Shown in pieces: positions 45,776 to 62,894 of a DNA stretch of 64,000 nt. This stretch comes from Octopus vulgaris (lineage: Eukaryota). The notes beneath the pieces are model-generated. The model ran no database searches. It was given only the letters and a program-made list of their open reading frames with translations, and was not told the origin of the DNA. The stretch covers positions 21,452,001 through 21,516,000 of the forward strand of contig OX597821.1 in NCBI GenBank assembly GCA_951406725.2, written 5' to 3'. The position numbers and the translations under genes were made by a program. How positions within the stretch are numbered: the first letter of the stretch is position 1; each line of letters starts with the position of its first letter.

Positions 45776-46365
45776 TATATCTTCACCTCAAATATCTATT
45801 ATAATTATTTCAAAACAGTTCGATGATCATTTGGGTACGTTTGTGTTCTCTGTCCTAGATGTTCCCGGTAGGCAGGAATATCTAGTGCAGATTTACTCAA
45901 TTATTTAATTATATTACCAAATATACTTTTCCTGAGCTAGGAATTGAAAACCTACAGGTATTGGTCTGAACTATATATCGAATGATATAGTGTATTATTG
46001 CAGTTACGTAAAAATCAATTTATTGTTGATGAACTGAAAATATCAATTGTTTTGATGCCTTGAAAAGTATACAAAGTCTATTAGTTCATTTTTATTTTTT
46101 TAATTAGAAGACGACAAACTATGAGGCGTATACAAAGTATTGGTAAACAGTTTCGGAAGCTTCAATGAAACATTTATAGGTTTGTGACTGAAAAAAGCAA
46201 ACAAAAAATGCTTTTTTTTTTTCGATTTTATTTAAGGAAACATTTACAATCACTTTACACTTCCGTGATGTCATGATGTGCAAAATACTACTACTACTAC
46301 CAATTATCATCATCATCATCATTATCATTATTATTATTATTATCATTATTATTATTATTATTATT

Positions 46366-46535
46366 CAGTAGTTTTATTTTTATAGCGTGCTTTCACTTCA
46401 CTATCGAGCGCAGCTCTGTGTGCCTTGGGTATGTGCTGTGATTTGTTTTGATGCTCTGATGGTTATTGTATGGAAAGTGTTCTGCGTAGGATGTGTGCAG
46501 TGCCTAGTAGTGCAATTTTCTGTATGTTATATGTG

Positions 46536-46537
<2 letters not shown>
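46366..46537 (-). mobile_element. 5'-truncated R4/Dong-like family 2 in (TAA)n
   Basis: Minus 46537-46463 encodes NTYNIQKIALLGTAHILRRTLSIQ*, homologous to QKIVLTGTSHVLRRALSM of the 39-kb element but with a different 3' UTR; (TTA)n on both sides. Confidence 0.85.
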
Positions 46538-46607
<70 letters not shown>

Positions 46608-47064
46608 TGTTGCTATTATTGTAATAACTGCTCTCATAGTATAAATGTATGTGCATATACGTACGCGTTAGAATTTTTGTGCGTTCTATCTTGTGTGCCT
46701 ATGTATGTATGTATGTATGTATGTATGTATGTATGTATGTATGTATGTATGTATGTGTGTGTGTATGAAGATTTATTATTGTTTGTTATATGTGATGTCG
46801 GTTTATGAAATTCAAAGTATGATATAGTCAATTCTGAGTGACATGCATAGGTATAATACTACCAAGCAATAGCGCAGATAAACAGTAGACACATGTGCAT
46901 ACTGCTGGTGCATATATTTCTATGAAAAGCACACAGGTGCATATATATGTGTTTGTGTATACGCACGAAGACTTATATACATATATATGTATATACTTAA
47001 TATACCTGCACACACACCGACACACGTATATTCATATATGTATATATATATATATATATATGTA

Positions 47065-47138
<74 letters not shown>

Positions 47139-47154
47139 CACATATATGTATGTA

Positions 47155-47608
<454 letters not shown>

Positions 47609-47799
47609 TTCTCCCCAAAATTGAATGGCTGAAAATATTTCTATCATAAGTTGTACTAGATGAACGATCAAATTTGTGAAGTAAATTGTATTAAACGCAC
47701 ACACACACAGTTCTACACATATGTACATATACATAAATAAAACAATCTCTAATCCAGATTCTCCAACCCATGTAAGCACAGGAATCAAACATTGGATTG

Positions 47800-48195
47800 A
47801 AAGAACTGAATAGTGGTATAAATATCAACACAATTATTTCTTCTTTTAACACTCTTTTCAGATATGCAAACACCCACGCACACTCTCTCACAAGACAATG
47901 TGACATTTTGGCCCCTAGCTTGCTTGACCATGGCTAAAAGCCAATGACTGGTTATTTTTAATAACTTCACCATTCCTCCTTAACCCCCTATTTCAGATAC
48001 AAAAGCACAAACACACACACACACACAAGACAATGATAAAAAGTAAATACAAACAGCTGGAATTACAATCACTGTAAGCCAAGAATTATTTTTTGACAAA
48101 CTACTATAAACAAAATTTCTACCCTTCTTCCTCTTTTCCTTCTTTTTCTTTAATACCTCTTTCAGATACAAACACAGACACATTCTTTCTCTCTC

Positions 48196-48237
<42 letters not shown>

Positions 48238-48684
48238 TCTCTCTCACTAGACAATGATAAAAAAGAAATTCAGACAAATTTTGAAAAATGACACTTTATC
48301 CCTCTTGGAGTAAATATTCTGACCAGCTGCAAAAGAGACCAACAAAACAATTTTTCTTCTTTCTCTCCTTTTTCTTCCTTTCCTTCTTTTTCTTTAACAC
48401 CAATTTCAGATACAAACACACACACACTCTCTCTCACTTTCTCCCCATTCATCACCCTCTTGTACTATCTTATATATCTCCCCACCACTACACTCAATAA
48501 CACTATAAGAATGGTCAACTTTTTCCACAAGAAAACTCCACTAGAATGGATGAAAGCGCTAATATATGATGTATAAAAACATATAATATACAAATAAATA
48601 TCTGTAAATATAAAACCATCCGAATTTCTGAGTACCTCATTTCTTCCAATATAAAATACATGTATATCATCTCCAAACCTTCTA

Positions 48685-48736
<52 letters not shown>

Positions 48737-49061
48737 CGTGAGCCTAAACCAATATAACCAACCAATATATATATATATACACACTGATTGGTCATATAAA
48801 ACCTAGCACTAGCCTACCCAGCTGTATTTATAGCACAGAATATATCTTGCTATCAAAAATTGTGAAGCATGACTGTCAACACTACTACATGAACCCGAAG
48901 ATTGCAGAATTCAATGCATGAAAGTACTAGTTCAATCAGAATGAATATTTAACATTCTACTATTTCATTTTATTTTATTCAATTATAATATATTATCTTA
49001 TAATATATCATTATAAGATTGTAAATAAAACGTGAAAATCAGACAAGGTTGAATTCTTTTA

Positions 49062-49098
<37 letters not shown>

Positions 49099-50873
49099 TC
49101 GTAAACATTTGTGTCTATAATTATATGTGGCAAATCTGTGAGTGTGTTATACATAGATACGAATGTGTGTTCTAGCTATGCATAGAAATGATGTAGTTTC
49201 CAGATTCCAGTTTAGCCGGCACTTTGCTGCACATTGGGCAGATACCTATTGGTATAAGTTTTGGTTCCATCAACAAAATTTAAGTGAAATCAAGAAAGAC
49301 TATAATGCCCCAAGGCTGTCCAAAACGAAGTGATATACATATATAGATAATATGTAATATCAATATATGTATGTTTATTTTAATGTCTCCGAAATTTATT
49401 TATCAATATCAGTGTATGACAATCAATGTACAAAGCGGAAGTAGACGTAATATTTTCACAAGCGGGAAAAATAGGAAGTCTTTGACGCTTCTAGACAGAA
49501 AGGAAGGTGTATATTATATTTTTATACAAAGAATGAATTTTAATCAATTATATATTTTCCATTTTGTTCGATAACCTTAAGCCATCATTCTGGCAAATTC
49601 CTGATTCTGCATCCATAGAACTTTAGGTGCTTATCACCCAAAAACTGTAGCAGGTGCGATTTCAGTTCGTCATCATTATTGAAAGATTTATCATGCAAAT
49701 AATTTTGGAAACTTCAAATAAATGGTAATCTGACGGTGCAAGGTCAGGGCTATATGGTGGATATGACATCACTTTCCGATCTAGCTCCAATAATTTTTCA
49801 CGTGTTAGCAAAGACGTGTGTTGTCTAGCATTGTCGCGGTGGAAAACGACTTCTTTACGATTTGCCAATTCCGGTAGCTTCACTTTTATTGCTTCCCCCA
49901 GTTTTATTAGTTGTTGACAGTAAGTATCTGAATTGATCGATCGATTCGTTCCTAGGAAGCAGCTCAAAATACACAACACCTTAGTTATTCCACCAAAGTG
50001 ACTGTATGACCTTTTCTAGATGCCCATAAACTTCACCTATGTCTTAGTGGGCCTCAACAGCTTTCTTGCTTTTACGGAAATAAATAAGCAAAATATGGCG
50101 AAAATGTTCGTTTTTGTTAAAATTGACGCTGAACTAACAGCTGTAAGCAAAATTACGTGCAATTTCTTTCTGAAGTAAGCTAAATGTAACGACTAACAAA
50201 CGGCAAAAGGAAAATATCGTAACATTGACAAAAGTAATTCAAAAACATTTTAACTCATTTGCAAAAAAAACGAAATTATTTTATATAATATTATATATAT
50301 ATATATTAGAAGAAATGAGGTAATCAGAAGATCGGATGGTTCATATTTACAGATATTTATTTATATATTACATTTTTTACATATATATATCATATCATTC
50401 AGATCATATCATTCAGATCATATCATTCAGATCATTAGCGCTTTCTCCCATTCTAGTGAGGTTTTCAAATCAAAATAATTCCTTTGTGGGGAATTTTAAT
50501 CATTTTATAGAGTTTCATAGTGGTGGGGAGGAACAAGACATCACAAGAGGGTGAAGTGGATGAGGAGGAAATGAGAGAGAGAACATGTGTGTGTGTGTGT
50601 GTGTGTGTGCGTTTGTATCTGAGGCTAAAGAGAAAGAGGGGAAGGGAGAGGGAAGAAGAAGAAGGATTTCTTTTGGCCTGCTGGACCCCCAAGGGAGTTC
50701 TAAGAATTTTAGCTTTTGTCCATTCTAGTGTCACTGAGTGTGTGTTGGTGGGTAGGCAGGCCATAAATTACACCTTTTGTGATTTTGAGGATGGTCAAAT
50801 GCCTTTTGGGGTCTAAGAACTCTTCTACTTTGTATGATTGTTTTGTGGAGGTGTGTGTGTGTATCTCTGTGTG

Positions 50874-50915
<42 letters not shown>

Positions 50916-51040
50916 TCTGTGTTTGGAGAGGGGGAGAGAGACAAAAAGAGAAAAGGAAAAATAAAAATAAAAATAAAAATAAGGGAGGAAGAGGAGAAGA
51001 AAAAAATTTGTGTGTTGATATTTATAGCACTACATATATA
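47800..51040. repeat. Diverged long inverted duplication (arms about 47800-48660 and 50300-51040)
   Basis: Collinear inverted matches: aatgaggta.tcagaa..tcggatggtt, attagcgcttt..tccattctagtg, tagtggtggggag, acaagagggtga, gtttgtatctga, tgtgttgatatttata.cacta. Confidence 0.75.
49520..50290 (-). mobile_element. Mariner transposase relic (catalytic domain)
   Basis: ORF 49662-49979: INSDTYCQQL..VVFHRDNARQHTS..PPYSPDLAPSDYHLF (DD34D-type). Confidence 0.9.
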
Positions 51041-51250
51041 TACACAGACTTATACATGAAATATTTGAAAAAAAAGAAAAAAACTTTTATCGGTTCAAAA
51101 TGAACAACCAAATTACACCATCTTGCAAATTGTATATCATAGGAAAGTTAAAATTAAAGTGACAATTAAAAAGTAAAGATGGAAGTAAATTATAAAAATA
51201 ATAATATAATGTATATAACAGGCAATATATATATATACACATACACACAC

Positions 51251-51322
<72 letters not shown>

Positions 51323-51694
51323 TAACAAAGAAATGGACCGTACAGCATTTTATTCTGCATGTTACTACAATTAATTTATCACTACTTTACAAGAAGCTCA
51401 TTGCAGAAATATTATTATATAATACATGAAATCATACATCGAATCCCGATTATTTCAGCAATACCTTTTAGTGGCGATTCTTCAGATGTATTTACATTTC
51501 TCGCGTTCATGATATAGGATAATTTCATTTGTATATCACAATGACGCAATAAATAAATAACAATATCTCGCAAACCACGAATTCAAATTAACTGGTGAAG
51601 AAAGAAAGTGGACGAAGCGAACAAAAGAATGAAACGAAAATATGCAAATAGCAAATACGAGGTCAGTACCCAAATTGAATTGATGCGAATATGC

Positions 51695-51748
<54 letters not shown>

Positions 51749-52841
51749 TTTATATGTAACCGTGTGCATATAAATGTCGCATTCTAATTCGTGCGTGGAG
51801 GTTTCTGGACACGAAGACCGTGTATGTGTGTCTACGTGCACGCGCACGTGTGTGTGTGTTAGTGTGTGTGTATGTGTGTGTAGTTCGTGCGAAACTAAAG
51901 CTTGCATGTCTATTTTAATGTTTCGTAAAATATTTATCAACATCAGTGCACATGGTGTACGAAGCGGATATGAAACAAGGACACAAAACAAGTTTCATGT
52001 CTCTCACAGCATGTCTTACTTACTCATTTATGTTGGACCGATGTATTAATTCAACATGTTTGTTTCTTCACTGAATATCTAATATATTATTCAGCCTATA
52101 TTGTATTTACTGCGGGGAGCACAAGGAGTTCTCGTTTCGCTTTCGACCAACAATCCGATAAGAGAGTACGGATCAGTCTTTAAATAAACTCGGTTTGAAA
52201 GTCCACTTCATTTCCAAAGCTAATTTAAGGCCAGTTATGTGATCTGTAGCGTAGTTATACATACATACAGCTATACTGTAATGGAGAAAGCTGTTTACTA
52301 ATTAGGTATGTAACAATTACTAAAAGTACTAAAAGAAAGCAATTATTAAAGTGTTGCCCATCTGGAAATATTTTTATAAATTCATGTTCTAAGAAATTTC
52401 CTATAATTTCGATTTCTCAAGTTTATTGAATTTTTTAAACTCCAATTTCTAGCAAATTTAAATATTCATTGCATTCACTGCATCTAATTCTTCACAGATT
52501 TAAATATTCATTGCATTCGCTGCGGAGTATTCCATTTTCATTTGCAAAGACTCTCACATTCTATTTTAAGTTGTAATTTGCTATTTGGAAAACTTATAGT
52601 TTATTCTATTAATGTATATGTACTGTAAAAATATTATTTATTAAATGAAATTTTTTTTAAATACCCGTATAAATTTTGAAAGCGGGATAGCTGTGAGAAG
52701 AGCCTACAAAGTTGGGTAATTACTATTAGAAGACGAGGAGAAAAAGAAAGTTGCCGACAAGTACTCGAAACTTGCACTTTATTTACAGTTTCCAAATATT
52801 CTATACCGCTAACACAAAGAAGTTGCACGAGCGACTTCAAC

Positions 52842-52894
<53 letters not shown>

Positions 52895-53907
52895 TACAAA
52901 CTCGCGCACACATATGGATACACATAGAAACAAATGAAAGGCAATGTATGTGTGTGCTTGTGCGTGTATGTACTCACTGACAAAACTTCGTGCTGCATCA
53001 CTTTTGGGAAATTTTGTCAGTGAACAGGTAGCGGTTTCAAAGTGTGTGTATACGTGGGATTTCGTCTGTATGTGACACAAATGAGACTAAGCTTCTCTTA
53101 CTTTATAAAAAGTCTTCATAAAATATAAAATAATTCAATATTGTCCCTGTGAAATTCAGCACGATCGTAATTCTTACTTTATGCTTTGGTAATATTTCTA
53201 ATGGTACACGTGGAGACATTTTAGGTGGTTGGAAATTTATGTAGAATAATAAAAATCAGTGTTTCTTTTGAAATTGTATATTCTGTATCATTTTCCTTAA
53301 AAAAAACTTTCTCTTCTTCTGGATATGTCTGTAATTCAGGGAACATGACTTTCCCATTCTCTCAGAAGTTCAGAGGTTCATAAACCTAAATTCTTCACGA
53401 TTTCAGAGAATATTCATGTTGCGAATTTAATTAACTTTCAGTCGTATATATTTACAGTTTTTTTACGCCCTCATTTTCTATTTGATCCACATATTTTCCC
53501 CTTACCTCACGTGTTAACTCTATCTTTCTTTTTCCTCTCACTCTTCCCCTCTCACTTCGACGTGACAGCGTAACTTATTCGGCCTTAGAGAATTAATTCT
53601 TCACTATATTTCTCATGAAGTCGCGACAACTTGCCCTGATGTACACTTGTTGAACATGTCTTGTATTACATAGTTCTAAATATCTGATATTAACCATGTT
53701 GTCGTAGAGATTAACAACTGTGTCGCATTATATTAAGAATTTACGTTGCAAGTATTTCAACATGATTTTTTTTTATTCCATCCAATGATATGTAGAAGCA
53801 GTTAAATTGTATGGCTGAGTGTAAATGGGAAGACGATATCTGGATGGAAATTCATCGGATCGACTGTACTCTCATTTACAGGACCAGCCATGCCATAAAT
53901 GTTCTTT

Positions 53908-54140
53908 CAAAGAATGAATTACCTTATAAATTGAGGAATATTCATCCACATGTACACCTACTAAAAATAGTACTTCAATTTACATCACAGTTGGGACACG
54001 AACCTATTTTTTTATTTCACACGTGTTTTTTTAAAGAATGACTTACGTTATAAATTGAGGAATATTCGGCCACATGTGCGCCTATTCATTGGATAAGTTT
54101 ACCGTACAGTTGGGCACACAAACATACTTTTTCATTTAGA
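53908..54140. repeat. Tandem duplication of about 124 bp
   Basis: aaagaatga.ttac.ttataaattgaggaatattc..ccacatgt.c.ccta...acagttggg occurs twice. Confidence 0.8.
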
Positions 54141-54851
54141 TAATATAAAATATTATCTAAACAACGCAGATAGACCACTGGCATGATTTTAGATAATTCA
54201 GATAGAAGATGATGATATACTGAATGAGGCCAGAAAAATGCCATCATTCTGAATGAGCTGAAATTTGCATCTGATCTGGAGAAGGGAAACAAAGACTCGG
54301 TTGTTATTGTCAGAAAATCTAATTGCTAAAGAAAGATAAACGTAAAACATCTTGTCCTAACTTTACAGAAAACTTTTGTTCCCTGCTAAGCAAGAATGAT
54401 ATTTATTATCAATCAATGTAACAGATACATTATTTTGAGCAAACGGATTATATTGTTACGGGTCAATGTAATATTTTATTAAGAAGACAAACGTTGTACG
54501 TAGGATGCAACTTAATAGAGTTATAAATAAAGTGTTACAACCATTGCCCATTGAATCTTTTATTCAGACATAATGTACACTTCGAATAGTCAATGCCATG
54601 TATTTTTCCAATTGAAGATAGTGGTGTGTGATTTGGGAGGGGTAAAGCGGCTACTTAACATCACATTTAGTATTTGAAAATGTGTATTACTTGATAATGT
54701 TTAAGTTGTTACCTGAATACATAGTACATACACCTATATAAATACATATATATAAGTTTGTATGCGTATACATGCATACACACATACATTCATATATACC
54801 AGATATTCACTATATGTATATACATATTCATAAATATATATGTGTATATAT

Positions 54852-55155
54852 CACGTGATCAAGTGACCAAGCAGACCATCAGATGTTGTTACACATCGCT
54901 GGTCACAATGCGCTCGCATTGTTTTAGCCTTCTAATGACGCCACCCCGCTGGCTAAGCGAGCAGGCCAACACAAGAAAGAGTGGGAGAAAGAGTGTTGAA
55001 AGAGTACAGCAGGGATCACCACCCCTGCCGGAGCCTCGTGGAGCTTTTAGGTGTTTTCGCTCAATAAACACTGACTACGCCCGGTCTGGAAATCGAAACC
55101 GCGATCCTGCGACCGCGAGTCCGCTGCCCTAACCACTGGGCCATTGCGCCTCCAC
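54852..55155 (-). mobile_element. SINE family C (tail type 2) with 14-bp TSD
   Basis: Head and core near-identical to 28310-28494, tail unrelated. TSD atatgtgtatatat at 54838-54851 and 55156-55169. Confidence 0.9.
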
Positions 55156-55399
55156 ATATGTGTATATATGCATACACATATTCATAAAAGTACAAACAGC
55201 CGCATCTGATACCGTTGAATATGTAAAAGTGACACTTTTTTCCTAAACGAATCACCTTACCTACAAGATAATAATGTCAAAAGAGAAATACTTATTTTAA
55301 TCTATTTACTTTTTTTCCATCATTTCCTTATTTTTAACACCCACCCCACACACACGCACACTGTTTATCTTTGCATTGTGTCCCTTATCCTTCGCCCTG

Positions 55400-56671
<1,272 letters not shown>

Positions 56672-56728
56672 TTATATCAACATTGCTATTACAACTCTAC
56701 TACTACTAATAATAATATAATGATGATG

Positions 56729-56795
<67 letters not shown>

Positions 56796-57295
56796 TAATA
56801 ATAATAATAATAATAACAACAACAACAACATTAATAATGATAATGTAATAAAATCATTAAACTATTCAGTAGAATTCAAATGAGAATAGTTCTATTGTAT
56901 TATTGATTTTTATTAATTGTGAAGAAACTAAAATGACATTAGAATTTCACAGAAGGCATTGATTAAATATTTAACCTTAATTCGATGCCACGTAAAATTA
57001 GTTTTAAACGACTGTATTAATTTAACGGACTCGAGTACATTTGTTTTATGGAGTCAACGAAATAACAGCCAAATTTCTTCTGAAAATATCTTCTTTCTTT
57101 TAAAAGAGATATCTATGTTGAAATCCTGTGTATGACGAGAAATAATCTGTTGGTGTTTAGGTTGAAGCAGCGGTGGCCTAGGGTTAAATAGCACTGTCGA
57201 GATTTGTATCGACAGATTCGCAGACGAGAAGTTATTGGACTCAAATAACTCACTGCTAAGTCCGCTCTCTCGTGCGCAGACAGATGCAAGACACA

Positions 57296-57691
57296 TCTAT
57301 ATATATAAAAGTGAAGTTGTGTGAGTGTCTGTCTCCTACGATTTACATTCCTAACTACTCCCACATTTTGCGGTGCAGTTTAACCAAAACCGGATATCTT
57401 ATAGTCGTGATTCATATCGAGCCCTTCTGGGTATTAGCGCGCGTCTACGATGAGTCTACGATTTAAAACATAATTTACCATAATTGTTTTCCATTTTAAA
57501 GCATATTTTTTAAATAAATGTAAGTAACTCTCTAAAAATGTCTACGACGAGTCAACGATTTAAAAAAAAATTTACCATAATTTTTTTTCCATTTTTAATG
57601 CATTTTTTGCTGTTTTTTGGCTATAACTCTCTAAAAATGCTTTATAGTTATTTCCCTTACAAACCCGAGCAACGCCGGGCGATACTGCTAG
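57296..57691 (+). mobile_element. Non-autonomous Helitron
   Basis: Begins A|TC, ends CTAG|T, no TSD; subterminal hairpin cccgagcaacgccggg (57664-57679); internal duplication of about 97 bp. Confidence 0.88.
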
Positions 57692-57704
57692 TAAACGATA
57701 CATT

Positions 57705-57915
57705 TTACTTCTTTATCTTGTGTATTTTATGTTTCAATATTGGTTGCGAAATTGCTGTGACGCTGCTTCGACGGGTTTAGCTAAACATTTCGATCCCAGT
57801 ATTTACTTTTTAAGTCTGAAACTTATTTTATCGATTTCTTTTGGTGAACAGGTAAATTACAGACACCGAAATAATGTTACACCGGTTGTCAAGCCATACT
57901 AGGGACAAACGCAGA
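57705..57915 (-). mobile_element. Old SINE family A 3' half
   Basis: tcgatcccagta..acttattttatcga..acaccggttgtcaagc..gggacaaac. Confidence 0.55.
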
Positions 57916-57956
57916 AGAGACAAAAAAAACTCATACACATAGGACTAAGCTTAATA

Positions 57957-58473
<517 letters not shown>

Positions 58474-58574
58474 TACAAGCTTATATAAATATATACATAT
58501 AAATAAAATGTAAAGATGTCGGTGTATATTTATGTATGAATGTATGTATGTAAGTATGCAAAGCGCTACAATAT

Positions 58575-58707
58575 TCACTAGCAAAACATTGGTCAGCCTC
58601 TAGCTATATTAGAAGACACGAGTTCAAAGTGCCGCGCAGTGGGACTCACCCCTATACTGAGTGGCCACAAAAATTGCTTCTTCATCACACCCGTACGCCT
58701 GCACGCC
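58575..58707 (-). mobile_element. Old SINE family A head fragment
   Basis: agaagacac...gtgccgcgcagtgggact...cgcctgc. Confidence 0.55.
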
Positions 58708-59247
58708 AAAACTATCGTCCTTAGGTGGGAATTAATTTTAACTGGGTCGTGTAAGTGTACTTAATGGATTTTTGAAACAGACAAGAGTTTGAATTTTGAG
58801 ATACAAATAAGCAAAATAAGCGGGGATACTTAGTGCACAAGAAGACATGCCCATCATAGTCAAACTGCAGCTTAAGAAGTAAAATTTGTATGCACATAAC
58901 TGATATTAATTTAACCCTGTCACTTAATTTAGCCCTGTCAAACCTTTTCCATCCTATAAGTTTCCTCATCTCTCATCTTTCTAGAATACTACTAACTACT
59001 GCGCATTTCTACTGCTGCAATTAAATGGAAATTCTTTAGTTAGAAGTAAGCAAATATTTGCTTTTAATAATTTTTTTCTTGATGGTCAGACATTTGCTTA
59101 TGTTGATGTTTGTCGAGCAAACAATTTCATTTTCTTTCGTCAATATTTTTTCTTGCTTTTATATTATAATTTTGCGTGTGTAATTTCCCAACCATCATTA
59201 GAAAATATAAGAACGAAGAGATAGTAATTTGTGCTCCACTTATATAT

Positions 59248-59300
<53 letters not shown>

Positions 59301-59588
59301 TATATGCTTGTTTATGAATATATATATATATATATAGATATTGTGTGCATATATATGTGTACACATATGTGTACACATATGTATGTATATAAACATGCAA
59401 ACATATGCATGTGCTCATATATATAATCCAATATTCAGTTTGCATACATGATTTTGTCTATGTATATAAACAAATGTGTAGGTATACACACAGATACACA
59501 CGCAGAAGTACATGCATACACACGCACATACTATGTGTGTGTGAGGCGTGTGTGTGTATGAATATATGTTTGTATGTCTGTATGTCTT

Positions 59589-59621
<33 letters not shown>

Positions 59622-60116
59622 ATACATACATACGTGCATACATACATACATACATACATACATACATACATACATACATACATACATACATACATACATA
59701 CATACAACAATAAATTTTCATTCTTTTGTGCTCAGTACCAGACGGGAAATGCTGAAACAATAAGTAAATTTAAACATGAATACGAATATATTTACACATG
59801 ACAACAAATGAAAGTTAATTGATATTTGACTAACTTATAATATAATGTCATAAATACATCTTCCAAAAGATAAATTAGAATTATATGTGAAATATCAGCT
59901 ACGTGTTGAACAACGGTTCAATTACATTGGTGGCAAAGATTATTTGTTTATGAAATGATTAAACATACGAATATATCAGAACGTATTCTTACACGCGTGT
60001 ATATGTATATATAGGAATAAGTCTGGGTGTGAGTGTGTATGGTGTGGTTGTGTGTGTATGTATATATATATTTATACACGTATGTATATATGAATATATG
60101 TATATATATACATATA

Positions 60117-60197
<81 letters not shown>

Positions 60198-60349
60198 GGT
60201 TGGTTGTAACTGTCGGGGAAAACTATACGATAGCAAAGTAGCGATTGATAGTATTTGGATCGAATTAGCCTCTTGCTATTCTGAGTTTCACCTGCGCATG
60301 CACAGGATCTCCAGATGAGTTAGAACTCTATGAGCACTAAAACACATCT

Positions 60350-60496
60350 GTATAGTAAGAAGTTTGCTTCACACCCACGTGTTTTCGGGTTCAGTCCTAT
60401 TGCGCAGCATCTTCAACAAGTGTTTTCTGTTATAACATCGGGCCGATTAATGACCTGTGAGCAGGATGTATTGACTGAAACTCAAAGAAACCCGTT

Positions 60497-60499
<3 letters not shown>
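60350..60499 (+). mobile_element. Old SINE family A head/core fragment
   Basis: gtaagaagtttgcttc..cgggttcagtcc..caagtgttttctg..cgggccga. Confidence 0.6.
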
Positions 60500-60541
<42 letters not shown>

Positions 60542-60547
60542 CGTGTG

Positions 60548-60644
<97 letters not shown>

Positions 60645-60653
60645 GTGTATATG

Positions 60654-60684
<31 letters not shown>

Positions 60685-60685
60685 G

Positions 60686-60719
<34 letters not shown>

Positions 60720-61152
60720 TGTATATATAACGGGAAGCTTTATGAAAATAGACAAAAGACGAAGGCAGGTGGAAAACGTGCACGTGCGTGTGTATATGTA
60801 TATATATATATATACATACGCATATATATATATATATGCGTAAGTGCGTGTGTGTATATCACTCTTCCCTATGTCTGGAATGAAACAGACGCTGTAAACT
60901 CGATATTGTATAATTTTTCTTTCCTTTTGCCATTGATAATCATGATGGATTTTAGCGAAGACTTTAGGCTCTTTTCTGCTTCTTTTATTGCCGTATATAC
61001 TTACATCGAGCATTTCTTTGATTTTTACTTGTTCGTTTTATATTTCCACGCTTACTCGTCAATCGATTTCACATAGCAGACTATTTGTTACTTTTTCACT
61101 TCTTTGATCTATTATACACATGTTATTTGTGTGATATATATATATATATATG

Positions 61153-61211
<59 letters not shown>

Positions 61212-61297
61212 ATATATATGCACATATATATATGTTCATATGTGTGTGCGTTTGCATGTAAGTGTTTCTTCGTACGTTTGTTCCTGTAGTTAATTGT

Positions 61298-61341
<44 letters not shown>

Positions 61342-62015
61342 ATATGTACGTGCGTAAATGGGACGTATATAGAAAAAGAGATTGTTGAAAAGGAGCTAAT
61401 AATTTCACAATGAAATATCTGGTGTTTAAAAAAATTCGCAATGAGAGGAAATCATAAATTCCTTTTTCACTTTATACATTTATATATCGTTACATAACGA
61501 ATTACAATTTTTTTTAATCCAAAGAATGAAAATTTAAACGAGCTTTTTCTTTTATCACTGTAACTATTAATATTTTGAATAAATTTAAAGTACAAATATT
61601 TACAATATACTTATTTATACATGAATTATATGTACAAATGCTCTTTTCCATCAAAATGACATTTATATATTTTTAATAGCCGATTTCTGCTCTTTTGAAT
61701 TCGCTAAAGTGCAAAATAGGCAATTACATATTTTGGGCACATATTTAAAGTTTTTCCTTACAGTAAACATTCCTTTTTTTTCTCCGACTGTATTTCCGAA
61801 GTTGTCAAGAAACAAGACACTAGATTCTTTATTCCGTTTCTTGGCTTTTTCATAGCATTTTAAAGTTTAACACCGCTAAATTGTTCTTATTACTGCTGCA
61901 TTGTTGCTTATTTTTGTGTGATTATTTTTAAACGGTTCCGATGAAACAATTCCATGGACTGCTACATTATATATATTATGTAGCAAGCATTACTTAATCA
62001 TTATCAACATACATA

Positions 62016-62390
62016 GGCGCAGGAGTGACTGTGTAGTGAGTAGCTTGTTTACCAACCACATGGTTCCGGGTTCAGTCCCACTGCGTGGCATCTTGGGCAA
62101 GTGTCTTCTGCTATAGCCTCGGGCCGACCAATGCCTTGTGAGTGCATTTGGTAGACGGAAACTAAAAGAAGCCCGTCGTATATATGTATATATATATGTG
62201 TGTGTGTATATATGTTTGTGTGCCTGTGTTTGTCCCCCTAGCATTGCTTGACAACCGATGCTGGTGTGTTTATGTCCCCGTCACTTTGCAGTTCGGCAAA
62301 AACAAAGAATAAGTCCCGGGGTCGATTTGCTCGACTAAAGGCGGTGCTCCAGCATGGCCGCAGTCAAATGACTGAAACAAGTAAAAGAGT
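62016..62390 (+). mobile_element. SINE family A, full length
   Basis: Head, core and tail with a small internal deletion; atacat repeated at 62009-62014 and 62391-62396. Confidence 0.94.
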
Positions 62391-62894
62391 ATACATGTAT
62401 ATAAACATAATGCGTGAATAATCACTATTCAAATAAGTGTTAACCATGAAATAAATACCATAACTTCTACTCTTCAATTTTTAATATTCACATTCGAGGA
62501 CGGAACGAAATACGAATCAACGTGAAATACCACCCGCAATAAACGCCCGGGTTATCCTATCCCAACTGAACAATTGTGTACCTACCCACATACATACAGA
62601 TAGGTAGGTATGGCAAGTAAAAGTTGCGTACGAGTTCGCTTCTATATGATAAACCATGGAGAAACGTCTCTGTTTGGCGAGTTATTTAAAGATAAATGTA
62701 AGATAGTTTAAATGCATAAGAATTATAGACAGAACAATCGTAAAACACTGCTGATGAAATCAGAGGTATATTCAAAGCTAGGAATATGCAATTCAGAGAA
62801 AAAGCATGTTACACTCTGGGACTATATAAATAAATTCATTGAATTTTTCAATCCTTAAGTCGTCTAGTTCTTTCACATCATTCTTGGTATTATT

